Positions 46,701 through 55,428 of a stretch of 64,000 nucleotides of DNA are shown in pieces. The stretch is from a virus. How positions within the stretch are numbered: the first letter of the stretch is position 1; the number at the start of each line of letters is the position of its first letter. Where the stretch lies: IMG/VR virus record IMGVR_UViG_3300044675_002751, positions 24,090-88,089 of that record. The stretch is one strand, 5' to 3'. Below the pieces are notes generated by a model that saw nothing but the letters and a program-made list of their open reading frames with translations, ran no database searches and was not told where the DNA came from. Position numbers and translations under genes: made by a program.

Positions 46701-48515
46701 ATCATCATACTGATCTTCAGATGTGTCTGTAACTTGTAATAATTCATCATCATCTGGTCCAATAACTCCCGCAAGACTAGGATCAATTAATGCCACTTCA
46801 GAAGTTAAAAGATAGTCAGTATCTAAGTCATTATATGGATAGTTTTGATACAAGCCATTAACTCTTGTACCAGGTATATCATACTCTCTTAAATTATTAA
46901 GTAGTCCTTTTGCAACAATAGATTTATTACCCTGGCGTGATCCACGAAGTATTTCGTAACCCACAATAGATAGTATTGGATTACCATACCTATCTAAAGG
47001 GTGTGTTATATTCTCAAACTGTACACCAAGAATAGTAATCTTGTCAGATGTGTTATTATAATTGTTTAATAATATAGAAACTGTTTCATCTGGCATCTTG
47101 TGATGACGTATAGGCTTACCGCATAATTCTGCCCAGATATCTTGACGATTATCAGGATAGCGTTCTGTAGACTCCCAGTAAGCCATCTTACCGGTAGCTT
47201 TAACTAAACCACCATCAGCTAATGTAGATGGAGTAATAGATTCTACTGTACCTGTATTTTGCACCTGCCAACGTTTCTTGTTCTCTACAGTGTCAGCAGA
47301 TCCAACTGTTTCAAAAGCATCACCACCAAACACTTGTGTTTCTTCACCCGGTAAAGGTGCACGACCAGGAATGTGATAAGAATCCGAACGTTCTCCAGTA
47401 TTATACACCCAACGAATAAAAAACGAGTATTGCTCGTCTTTCATATATCCAGTGTTATTACCAGCCTTATTATAATAATCTGCAGGATACTCCACTGCCA
47501 CCCAGCTTGTACGAATCTTATTAGCTTGAGGTTGATAGTTAAACTTTGTTTTAGAATATACACCTACACGAAGAGCGTAGTTATTTACTTGATATATAGC
47601 ATCAGACTTTTCAATAGGCTCAGTTCTTACTACTACATCTGCAATAGGAATAGAAATTTGCTCATTGCTAATATTGTCTATATAAATAGTTCCCTGGTTA
47701 GTAGAATAATAACCAACACGGCGTGCTATAGTTTGTGAGTTTACCTGTGCAACAAGTACTAGTTCAAACTCATCAAAGTTCTTGTCTACATCTACAATTG
47801 TTACTTCTAAAGAAGATACTACATTCTGATGGTCAAATAAAGACTGCACTTCACTTAAACCAATATAGTCTGTAATTCTAACTTGATTAATAGTATAAGC
47901 AAGACACACCTGGTAAGATCCATTAGGAAGTGTACCTGCACTCTTGCCTTTTTTTATAGTGAGACAAGGGTGTTCTACAAGAGTTGCTATACGGATTCTT
48001 TCACAATCCAACTGGTTTGTAAAAGTTTTGATAGCACAGTCATTAACTATCTGGGTAGTATACTTAAAAGGAGGATTATCAAGATCCATAAACCTATCAG
48101 GGTTCAGGCCGTCTGACCAATAAACCGGACGATCACAGTCAAAGCGTTTTCTGGAAATACCAGTAATAAGATGTGTGCGTTTAAAGTTTAAACAGGGATC
48201 ATTTACCTTCTTTGTATAAAGACATCTGCTTTCATCAAAAATTCCAATCTCTGAGTTTTTATCATCTGTTGTAAATACTGCCCACTGATCGTCAGTGAGA
48301 TGCACACAACCAATAAGATGATAAGGAAGAGTTACACAATGTAAGTTAGCTGGCTCATTACCTACAACCCCTGTCTGACCATCATGTGAATTATTAACCA
48401 AGTTTCGGGCATGTGTCCACAAACCCTCTCCAACGAAAGTCTCGTTTATATCTTTTACCATTCCTTTAGTAAAGGAATTAGTAACGGCCCCTGGATTCTG
48501 TTTTTGTTCAGCCAT
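43728..48515 (-). CDS. crAss-like tail stabilisation/muzzle protein
   Basis: NSFTKGMVKD..NEPAN N-terminus, beta-propeller-like segments, FFGGDVYINRF, WTISY..WLSFHDW; follows the tail ring genes. Confidence 0.8.
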   Translation of the reverse strand: MAEQKQNPGAVTNSFTKGMVKDINETFVGEGLWTHARNLVNNSHDGQTGVVGNEPANLHCVTLPYHLIGCVHLTDDQWAVFTTDDKNSEIGIFDESRCLYTKKVNDPCLNFKRTHLITGISRKRFDCDRPVYWSDGLNPDRFMDLDNPPFKYTTQIVNDCAIKTFTNQLDCERIRIATLVEHPCLTIKKGKSAGTLPNGSYQVCLAYTINQVRITDYIGLSEVQSLFDHQNVVSSLEVTIVDVDKNFDEFELVLVAQVNSQTIARRVGYYSTNQGTIYIDNISNEQISIPIADVVVRTEPIEKSDAIYQVNNYALRVGVYSKTKFNYQPQANKIRTSWVAVEYPADYYNKAGNNTGYMKDEQYSFFIRWVYNTGERSDSYHIPGRAPLPGEETQVFGGDAFETVGSADTVENKKRWQVQNTGTVESITPSTLADGGLVKATGKMAYWESTERYPDNRQDIWAELCGKPIRHHKMPDETVSILLNNYNNTSDKITILGVQFENITHPLDRYGNPILSIVGYEILRGSRQGNKSIVAKGLLNNLREYDIPGTRVNGLYQNYPYNDLDTDYLLTSEVALIDPSLAGVIGPDDDELLQVTDTSEDQYDDEDEEDEKAGKRRRRQEARQRRADRRAAKKKLREQRDKLKAGKTGRSEASLDSPLSKYKKDYLSFHSPDTSFTKPFLGVSELKVYQEISGKSQGFFSHPYKHPKFKTPTNFAGIFSSVISVIVSVGNVLSVMAQDMNITLAGTQELPYDKKLSLTKKPNYAIGGSAEVLGTGGSVMFPNPVVAVENTIIGVYNATMAIAMTVLESNMIGEQIMNIVYGMIPKRQNALQYDSHGFYDNASTKAENYRRYRIEKSGYIGNSVHSFDADHTINNVNRSGFVGLKIDREITNPSVVDNSRFRFNSIGRINRMGESTISGHYGAVKVTVPSQYGQLESIKQLPISYCVQAANNPAAKYKSEIFFGGDVYINRFTEKNSFFFFNTWLMGEPDLTEFDYRAYAAIAYPRFWIDSTRQSFRIFSNVANNRSLDELDSSLFFVAQGYFYLFYSGVRDFYVESEINLAYRDWEDTPAKRHYDPYEYKDYPQMFRSDIIKEGNYYKYDYSLSVAKLFGSQITWGNIFPRDFDPKKAETCYSYYPDRVIYSLPQQMEAKKDSWRVYLANNYKDFGSPITAVKPINRTGALFMMRRQSPLQFMGQEELKLDATGAKITIGDGALFSGAQQLQNVVNVDESYEYGSCQSKWATLNCTYGVFWVSQDQGKVFQFAGGLNEISRDGMKWWFSRYLPSDLLKVYPDYPLSDNPVQGIGVQMIYDNTNEIIYISKKDYKPLMKDLIYDSNGFYKIIDGIKTYYPFSDRSAWEDASWTISYDPKSKMWLSFHDWKPTYVIPGKAHFMSVNRNSIWKHNSRCDLFCNYYGVDYPFEVEFVSATGQMVNSVRNIEYLMETYKYYNECGDKFHVLDQAFDYAMIYNSEQISGLLEMELKSKVNPVSMLSYPQVGQTSIKILYSKEENKYRFNQFWDITRNRGEFTSADIPMFLTRSNGYEFQINPQYVNYQKPVLERKKFRHNVNRVWLRKLKSGDSKIIFKLSNQKLLQSPR

Positions 48516-48918
48516 GTTTTACTTGTAGCTTCTTCTTTTCTAAAAACTTATAGAGAGATTCTGTGATATGTCCAGCCATCCATGCCTGGGCTTCTTCATC
48601 TGTAATCCCTCTGTCTTCTGTTATTCTAACCGCTGCATGAAATATTTCATGAGCTATTGTGTTATGCGTGATGTAACCCTTTTCAATCATAAGGTAGTAA
48701 GTATCCATATTTGGCATTACCAACACACCTTCTGCCTCATCTTCAAACTCATCTTTAATATTATACTTCTTATATATTTTTTCTACGCTGTTCTTGACAT
48801 TGTCTACAACGGCAATTACAAGCTTGCAACCATATGTTGGAAACTTGATAGTAGTAGACGGTTGCCTGGTTTTTTTACCAGCCGTAACCTGACTTGAACA
48901 TATCGTAGTATCTTGCAT
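48508..48918 (-). CDS. Small zincin-like metallopeptidase-fold protein (start uncertain)
   Basis: TIAHEIFH...DEEAQAW. Confidence 0.65.
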   Translation of the reverse strand: MQDTTICSSQVTAGKKTRQPSTTIKFPTYGCKLVIAVVDNVKNSVEKIYKKYNIKDEFEDEAEGVLVMPNMDTYYLMIEKGYITHNTIAHEIFHAAVRITEDRGITDEEAQAWMAGHITESLYKFLEKKKLQVKHG

Positions 48919-49741
48919 ATTGAGCCTTGCGGTTTGTTTCCCAGAGCTGCTTCATTTCAGCAAAGTCCGGAGTGTTAACAATAGTGAGAGCATTATTACG
49001 GGCTGCTCTTAACCTCTGCTCAACAAGCTGCATCTTCTGTGACACTTCTTCACCGTTCATGTACAAGTTTTCTAGGATACGCTGCTTGATAGCATACTCA
49101 TAGTACTCATTGATCATTGGATGATCTAGTACTAAAAGGTTTCCTTCATGATCTTCCAATGCACCCTGATAAGAAATAAAAAGTTTTCCTTCTTCTACAT
49201 TAGTGTAGATGAAACCATTCTTTATGTATCCGGCTTTATGAGATGTACTAAGAGCATCCTTTCTTCCACTTACAGGATCAATATGGATTCTGTCAAAGGT
49301 TTCATACGTTCTGGTTTCATAAGAACGTTTCTCCACCACCTGTACAAATATGTTTTCACCGGTCTTGCATTCTACAGCATATGTTTTTTCACAACTGCAA
49401 GTAGGATCAGGAGCACCACATTTCTTACATAAGTTAGAAGAAAGAATAATGTTTTCTGTCTGGCGGCCCTGGAGTACAGGCTGAGATACTGTGTACTTAC
49501 CACACAGCATAGCATAGTTTAGTACATAGAAATCATCCGGCAGCTTAGTCTTGCTTTTCTCTATATCTAAAACTTTCTCTTTAGTTCCATGTATTCTTAA
49601 ACCAAGATCATAATTTACTCTCTGGGCAACTTTAATAAGCTGACCAGGTTCAATCATACCCTCGTTGTTATACTGAGTAAAATCTGTAGCTACCTCGTTA
49701 AGCAGCTCATCAAACGTGCGGTATTTCGGCTCTGTTTTCAT
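48875..49741 (-). CDS. Putative tail ring/adaptor protein
   Basis: KLPDDFY, YIKNGFIYTN, ISYQG..D.EG pattern; synteny with the crAss-like tail module. Confidence 0.65.
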   Translation of the reverse strand: MKTEPKYRTFDELLNEVATDFTQYNNEGMIEPGQLIKVAQRVNYDLGLRIHGTKEKVLDIEKSKTKLPDDFYVLNYAMLCGKYTVSQPVLQGRQTENIILSSNLCKKCGAPDPTCSCEKTYAVECKTGENIFVQVVEKRSYETRTYETFDRIHIDPVSGRKDALSTSHKAGYIKNGFIYTNVEEGKLFISYQGALEDHEGNLLVLDHPMINEYYEYAIKQRILENLYMNGEEVSQKMQLVEQRLRAARNNALTIVNTPDFAEMKQLWETNRKAQYARYYDMFKSGYGW

Positions 49742-49746
49742 GGCAG

Positions 49747-50418
49747 TTAACGGGCAATATTTTGTTTGTCATTAATAGGATCAGGAGTAATACTTAACAT
49801 ACCTGTAAGATCTTTGTATACAGCAGCCTCAAGTTCACCAAGTAAGTAATCAGGGACATTAAAAGTTTGGTCTGATTTTACTACGCAGCTGTCTGCCTCA
49901 CATGTAAATGCAGATATGTCATCTTCAAACACACCTTCTATACGTACAGCATCCCATTCCAAATCAGGGAAATAGATATAATCATCCAGATACCAGTAGT
50001 ACTTAGTCTTGTTGTATTTGAAGTTCTTACTCTTAGACATTGCCAGGTAAGAACTCGGAACTGTAGGTTGCATTTCTTGTGATCCATCTAAAGAAGCTAT
50101 GGTACGAATCAACGGACCCCAGTAGCCCTGCATAAACATGGGCATCTTATCTTTCGTACGCTTTATCTTACAGTCAGAAGTAAGTCCTGTGCATCCTGCT
50201 TCTATCTTATCTACCTCAATTAATTCTACAAAATCCATCATTTGCAAGACACCAGAAAAAGACAAAATCCTATTCTTAGAATCTTCTCTCTTAAGTAACC
50301 ATTTAGAATGTTTATTTACAAAAGAGTATATAACTCGGTCAGTCAGTAAAGCATCTTGCCTTACTGCTTTTACCTGAGAACGAATTCTTGAGAGTACATC
50401 TCCAATGGTAGTTTTCAT
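49747..50418 (-). CDS. Putative tail tubular/ring protein
   Basis: TDRVIY, YYWYLDDYIYFP, IEGVFED motifs; synteny. Confidence 0.65.
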   Translation of the reverse strand: MKTTIGDVLSRIRSQVKAVRQDALLTDRVIYSFVNKHSKWLLKREDSKNRILSFSGVLQMMDFVELIEVDKIEAGCTGLTSDCKIKRTKDKMPMFMQGYWGPLIRTIASLDGSQEMQPTVPSSYLAMSKSKNFKYNKTKYYWYLDDYIYFPDLEWDAVRIEGVFEDDISAFTCEADSCVVKSDQTFNVPDYLLGELEAAVYKDLTGMLSITPDPINDKQNIAR

Positions 50419-50421
50419 AGG

Positions 50422-51009
50422 TTAGTCCAGATTAAACTCGTCATACTCATCTAAGAGTCTAGCGGTTTCTTGTTTCTTAAAGTCTTTGAACTTCTGTTTA
50501 CGAAACAGTAAGCTCACCTTAACCAGGTTATCCACCTGCACATATTTCTTCCACTCTGTAGGATACGTTTTGGCTACGGTTCTTTTGAAATCACGAAGAC
50601 CGGTAAAACCCCACATCTCGTGATGCTTAAACCGATACTTAGTTTCAAAGTTTGTGTAGAATATCTTAGCTACATATTGATCAGATTCCCAGTTTTGGTT
50701 CTGCACCTTTTGACCATACTGGTTACTCACCTTATAGTTAGGATTGTCATTCTGTTTTCTAGGACAGGTTCCTATAAACAAATAACCCAGTTGTTCGGGT
50801 AACTCTACCCCATCCCGGTTATCTATGACATGCTGCCATATCTTTCCGTTAAAGGATGATATTACCTGTTTAAACTGGGTGGCAGTTAAAGAACTAAACC
50901 TAGAGTTCTCTTCTATAAACTTATTGTAGACATCAACGTTAGTTAGGTTTAGCTTTTTAGGGCGGTACCTAGGAGCATTGAGGTCGGGTTTTTTATAGTT
51001 TGTGGCCAC
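50422..51009 (-). CDS. IHF/HU-like protein of the crAss tail module (GTG start)
   Basis: Basic protein with GVELPEQLGYLFI; position matches crAss-like IHF-like genes. Confidence 0.55.
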   Translation of the reverse strand: MATNYKKPDLNAPRYRPKKLNLTNVDVYNKFIEENSRFSSLTATQFKQVISSFNGKIWQHVIDNRDGVELPEQLGYLFIGTCPRKQNDNPNYKVSNQYGQKVQNQNWESDQYVAKIFYTNFETKYRFKHHEMWGFTGLRDFKRTVAKTYPTEWKKYVQVDNLVKVSLLFRKQKFKDFKKQETARLLDEYDEFNLD

Positions 51010-51013
51010 AAGT

Positions 51014-51030
51014 TCTACATTAATAATTTA
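51014..51030 (-). promoter_or_regulatory. Putative late promoter motif TAAATTATTAATGTAGA
   Basis: Variant of the 35338 and 56715 motif, 4 nt before the start codon. Confidence 0.45.
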
Positions 51031-51069
51031 CGTAAAATCCATGAAGTTTCCTAGTTAAACTTGTAGAGT

Positions 51070-52383
51070 TTAAGCATTGTAAGTAAACTCTGAAATCTTA
51101 CCCTTATGGTAGTCATGTACTTCCATAAGAGCCTGGCGTTTAGATCCTGTAAACTTGTTGTGATAGTGCCAGTAATCTGATTTGGAAAGAGAAGGCAAAT
51201 GCTTTATGGCAAAGCCGTGTATCTCATTATCTGTAACGTATTCTGTAGTCTTCTTAGAATGAAAGTGTCCGGTATAACAGGTGCGGTAGATAGTACTCCC
51301 CCAAAACAATGGGAACTCAGTAGCGTAAACCAGCGGTGTCCATTTCTTTGTTACGTCTCCATGTTCAAAACCAAAGAAGTTGGCTCCGTACACTTTTACT
51401 TTACGCTCTGAATACTCTACATCAAAAATGATGTTTTCATCTTGGAAACATTTGCTTAAACCATGAGCCAAGTGGTAAGAGCTTAAGCGGTCATGATTAC
51501 CAGGTAAATAAACTACCTCAAGCTTTTCACAAAACTGTTTTAGATAATGTACAGACCAGTGTAAAGCATCAAATGCCTGGTTGTAAGCATCCTGAGCACG
51601 CATGTCATTATCTACCGGGGTGCCTTTGGTGGTCTGTCCCATGAACGTATCCATATTTAACAGGTCACCACCAAAGACATAAATAATTTTTTCAACCCGG
51701 TGGCTCATGTACGCCCTCATTGTGAGGTTAGCAACGGCGTCTTTAAAATCTTGTATTACATTTCCGTTTCCTTCTTTACCAAAGTGAAGATCCTGTATAG
51801 ACAGGATAGCCACTGTACGATTTTCAAAATTTGCATTTAGATGCACTTCCTTTACAGGAGTGTAAGAAGGTTGAAAATTCTGTAGTGTTTCTTTCAGCAG
51901 CTCTTTAGGTTCCAGTTCTTTCTGGCTAACCTGGGCTGAAATAAGCCAGTAGTCTTTATGCTGCTTATTCCAATAAGTAGATAGCTTCCACTTCTTGGTA
52001 TCTATCTTAAGTATTCTTATGATTTCTTCCGGACTCTTTGGCTCCGAGAAAGCTATTCCTTTTATCTCTGCTGTACCTGAATCTAGATCTTCTCTAAACT
52101 CAACTACTCTTTCCCGGTTCTGGTTAATAGCATCAATTAGATTTTCTTCCAGGTCAGATATATACTCATCTTTAATCTGTTCATCACTTATTAAATCAAG
52201 CATCCGTTTTCCTGCAAGATCTACCAGACTGTTATCCAACTCCGTCTGTAAAAGTTCTCTAGTTTGTAGAATTTGTCTTTTGATTTCTTGGTATTTTCCA
52301 AGAGAAATACCTAACTTTGACGCACACCACTCATCAGTCTTTTTCCATTTGAGTGAGCCGTACACTTTAGAAATAAGGTTCAT
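51070..52383 (-). CDS. Metallophosphoesterase/nuclease (Mre11/SbcD-like fold) with N-terminal helical extension
   Basis: DLHFG, GGDLLN, GNHD, EHGD, GHFH. Confidence 0.85.
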   Translation of the reverse strand: MNLISKVYGSLKWKKTDEWCASKLGISLGKYQEIKRQILQTRELLQTELDNSLVDLAGKRMLDLISDEQIKDEYISDLEENLIDAINQNRERVVEFREDLDSGTAEIKGIAFSEPKSPEEIIRILKIDTKKWKLSTYWNKQHKDYWLISAQVSQKELEPKELLKETLQNFQPSYTPVKEVHLNANFENRTVAILSIQDLHFGKEGNGNVIQDFKDAVANLTMRAYMSHRVEKIIYVFGGDLLNMDTFMGQTTKGTPVDNDMRAQDAYNQAFDALHWSVHYLKQFCEKLEVVYLPGNHDRLSSYHLAHGLSKCFQDENIIFDVEYSERKVKVYGANFFGFEHGDVTKKWTPLVYATEFPLFWGSTIYRTCYTGHFHSKKTTEYVTDNEIHGFAIKHLPSLSKSDYWHYHNKFTGSKRQALMEVHDYHKGKISEFTYNA

Positions 52384-52426
52384 AGGGTATTGGATTGGTA
52401 TACGGTGTATGAAATTAGTTCTAATA

Positions 52427-52452
52427 TGTAGAACTTACACAAATGTTCTACA
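52427..52452. promoter_or_regulatory. Inverted repeat TGTAGAAC-N10-GTTCTACA (possible operator)
   Basis: 8-bp perfect arms upstream of the phosphoesterase gene. Confidence 0.4.
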
Positions 52453-52472
52453 ATATTTTTCCACATGATGTT

Positions 52473-52508
52473 AAAAAAGAAGCCCCTATGTAGAAACAAA
52501 GGGGCTTT
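52473..52508 (-). terminator. Rho-independent terminator
   Basis: Minus strand AAGCCCCT...AGGGGCTT followed by CTTTTTT. Confidence 0.75.
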
Positions 52509-52551
52509 GTTATGTCAGAGGAAACCAACAAAACCACTGACTTTTTATATT

Positions 52552-53601
52552 TTATTCTTGAGGTTGATTACCACCACCGCTACAGTTTTGAACACAGGTT
52601 GCATAATCTGTGTAAGGTCCATCTACTGTTCCAAGACACTCACCATTTACGCATACCCATGATGAAGCCCCGCCACCGGATCCTCCACTACCACCACCTG
52701 CACAAGTCGTGCAGTCTGCGTGTGTTGATATGACATCATTAGTATTTACTGTGGTTGTAGGAGAAATATTATCAAAACACTGAACAGTGTTGCCACAAGT
52801 AACACAGTTAGCTTTAATAATCACATTAGCTGAATCCAAATTAGCTGTAGTAGAGCGGAATGATTCTGTAATATTGCCGCTACAAAGAATACCAGTATAG
52901 TAATAATAGGTTGGACCAGGAGGTACATAATTACATCCCAGAGTAACATCCCAAGAATCATTAGTCTGGTTGTTTGGATCAGCACCGCCAACTTGAACTC
53001 TAAGTTCATACTCTTTTGTCTGATCGTAAGTAAATTGAATATTTCCTGTAGATGGTGTGTTGTTACTAGCACCCCAAGGACCAGGATAATTAGCTGTACC
53101 TGCCCAGTTAGAAGTTACAGTGATTGTAGAATCAGTAACATTATAAATATCAAAACGGTTAATTCTGTCTACTACGTTATATGCAAGTGTGATAGTGCTA
53201 CCGTTCTGTACACCAGTAAAATCAAGAACTACAGAAGGATAGATATAAAAGTTCATGTTGTCAACAGTACCCTGGTAACCACATCCGCATCTGAGAGGTA
53301 CACCTAAACCGGTAACAGTAGTTGTGACAGGCTGACTTTGAAATCCGGGTCCACACTGACTTTCTACTGAAACATTAATATTTTCACAAGCAGGAACATT
53401 AAAAATAGTTACAGGTGAAGTTGCAGCATTAGGAGAAACAGTTGTGTAACTAGTATCAGAAGCCCGCTTCCACTTTACCACATATCCAGATGCAGGAGCA
53501 GGGTTAGCTGCATTAAATGTAACTACAACATCTCTTGTTGTACTACAAGTTAAGCAGTTATTATTAGTGCTTCCGGGAGGTGTTGTAGGTGTAAATGCCA
53601 T
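52552..53601 (-). CDS. Cys-rich FN3/Ig-like virion decoration protein
   Basis: GYVVKWK FN3-like strand pattern, Thr-rich, many Cys, C-terminal WxCVNGxC module. Confidence 0.65.
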   Translation of the reverse strand: MAFTPTTPPGSTNNNCLTCSTTRDVVVTFNAANPAPASGYVVKWKRASDTSYTTVSPNAATSPVTIFNVPACENINVSVESQCGPGFQSQPVTTTVTGLGVPLRCGCGYQGTVDNMNFYIYPSVVLDFTGVQNGSTITLAYNVVDRINRFDIYNVTDSTITVTSNWAGTANYPGPWGASNNTPSTGNIQFTYDQTKEYELRVQVGGADPNNQTNDSWDVTLGCNYVPPGPTYYYYTGILCSGNITESFRSTTANLDSANVIIKANCVTCGNTVQCFDNISPTTTVNTNDVISTHADCTTCAGGGSGGSGGGASSWVCVNGECLGTVDGPYTDYATCVQNCSGGGNQPQE

Positions 53602-53613
53602 AGTCTTATTTTA

Positions 53614-54036
53614 TTAGGCGGTACATTGTGTAGTTCTAGTAAAAGACCCACCCGCAACAGAGCCATCTTTTGCACAAACAGTAGTAGGTGAGTTTGCATT
53701 ATTAGAAACAGTTATTGTTTGATCTACTTGTCCGCAAGGGATATAAGTATAGTTACCCGTGTTTATAAGTATAAAGTTGTAACAAACACTGGTTCCTCCA
53801 ATAGCTGAAAAATTAATAGGAAGACCAAAACTTCCATTACCACAGTTTGCCTGTATTGTTCCTTCAATATTTAAACATGCTGGAACTGAAGATATCACTA
53901 CTGGATTACCATACTGAGTAACTTCGTTCCAGGCTATTTCACCAACAGCTCTCCACTTAACTAAATATCCATTAGCTGGTGGAATATCTGGAGCTACAAA
54001 AGAAACTTGAAGTGTTTTAAAAGTTGAACAAGACAT
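53614..54036 (-). CDS. Cys-rich FN3-like protein, paralogous to the N-terminus of 52552-53601
   Basis: PPANGYLVKWR..NPVVISSVPACLNI versus PASGYVVKWK..SPVTIFNVPACENI. Confidence 0.65.
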   Translation of the reverse strand: MSCSTFKTLQVSFVAPDIPPANGYLVKWRAVGEIAWNEVTQYGNPVVISSVPACLNIEGTIQANCGNGSFGLPINFSAIGGTSVCYNFILINTGNYTYIPCGQVDQTITVSNNANSPTTVCAKDGSVAGGSFTRTTQCTA

Positions 54037-54047
54037 ACGTTAGGTTT

Positions 54048-54701
54048 TTATACTATAGTTCCTGTACCAGAAAGTTTAACAGGAGAAGTAGCAAATGCTT
54101 GAAATGTTTTAGGAGATCCCTGTACAATTGTTATAGTAAAGATCTGATGATCAGATCCTACTGCTCTTATAACTGTAGCACCGCCAGACAAAGGAGTTGT
54201 AGGGGCTTGAGATACTGTAAATGTAGTGGCATTAGTAATACCAGTTACAGTAGTGTTTGCAGCAAATACACCAAGACCTGAGGCAACCGATACAGTCATT
54301 CCTACAGCAAGTCCGGTTGTAGATCCTACAGTAATAGTAGCTGAAGCATTTGTTGCACCAGCTGTAGATGTGTAAACAGGACCAAGACCTAAATAAGACA
54401 CCACCATAGGAGTGGTAGTTGTTGATGTGGCTGTATAGTTAGCAAGAGGAATAGGATTAGCAAGCATAGGGTTGATCACCTTATGCATCTTTAAAAGCAT
54501 AGTCAAGAGTCTATCCTGGTTTAGAATACCAAAAGCAGGAAGATTGGGTCCTGTATAACCGGAACACTCTACCCCCAACACTTCCTCACAAGGTTCACCT
54601 TCTATACAAGGAGGTAAGTTGATTGCAAGATTAGGAGGGCAATCTGCACAAGGGTTGCAGTTTACCAAAGGAAGAGTATTATTGTAGCAGCCGCATGACA
54701 T
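54048..54701 (-). CDS. Cys-rich virion/fibre protein
   Basis: N-terminal C..YTGPNL motif similar to 55429-56661; beta-rich TGLAVGMTV domain. Confidence 0.65.
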   Translation of the reverse strand: MSCGCYNNTLPLVNCNPCADCPPNLAINLPPCIEGEPCEEVLGVECSGYTGPNLPAFGILNQDRLLTMLLKMHKVINPMLANPIPLANYTATSTTTTPMVVSYLGLGPVYTSTAGATNASATITVGSTTGLAVGMTVSVASGLGVFAANTTVTGITNATTFTVSQAPTTPLSGGATVIRAVGSDHQIFTITIVQGSPKTFQAFATSPVKLSGTGTIV

Positions 54702-54731
54702 AGCTTAATATATTAAAGTGTTATTTTATAA

Positions 54732-55415
54732 TTACTGTTGAGGATTACCTCCACCACCGCTACAGTTCTGTACGCAAGTTGCGTAATCGGTATAACCTCC
54801 ACCTACAACTCCAACACAGTTTCCGTTAACACAATCCCAAGCAGAAGCACTACCTCCACCACCGCCAGAACCTGTATCAATAGCAGCACCAACATTAGTT
54901 GGAGCATTACAAACAGGAGTTGCGGTAGTAGTAGCATTAACAGCAGTACACTGCTTGTTAAAACTTCCTGCAATTATTGTTACTCTAACTTTATAACTAG
55001 TTGACTGAGTGAGTGTACTAAATGTTCCTGATACTGTTCCAGTAACTGAAGGGCTTTGAGTTTGAAGTACTGTGGTTCCAGCTGAATCAAGAAGATGCAC
55101 GGTATAACCAGTGGTAGATCCACCAACATTAGTAAAACTATAGGCCACAGTAGTATCTGTAGGTGTAATAGTTACTGTAGGACAAATCAAATTTACCTGC
55201 TGAGTAGACAAACTAGGAGCAGGCGTTCCACCTGTACAGTTGGTAACAACTCTAAAATCGTATATTTGATTATCTATCAATCCAGTAATAGTAGCACTTG
55301 TTACGTTTCCAGCTACATTAGAGTGTGTAGTCCAAGTACTAGCTGATGCCAACTTATATTGTACATCTTGTGAAGCTGCACCACCTCCTGTTAACCAGGT
55401 AAGATTAATATTCAT
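54732..55415 (-). CDS. Tandem FN3-domain virion protein
   Basis: ATITGL..YDFRV and TLTQSTSYKVRV FN3 signatures; C-terminal WDCVNGNC module. Confidence 0.75.
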   Translation of the reverse strand: MNINLTWLTGGGAASQDVQYKLASASTWTTHSNVAGNVTSATITGLIDNQIYDFRVVTNCTGGTPAPSLSTQQVNLICPTVTITPTDTTVAYSFTNVGGSTTGYTVHLLDSAGTTVLQTQSPSVTGTVSGTFSTLTQSTSYKVRVTIIAGSFNKQCTAVNATTTATPVCNAPTNVGAAIDTGSGGGGGSASAWDCVNGNCVGVVGGGYTDYATCVQNCSGGGGNPQQ

Positions 55416-55428
55416 ATAGTATGTTTAT

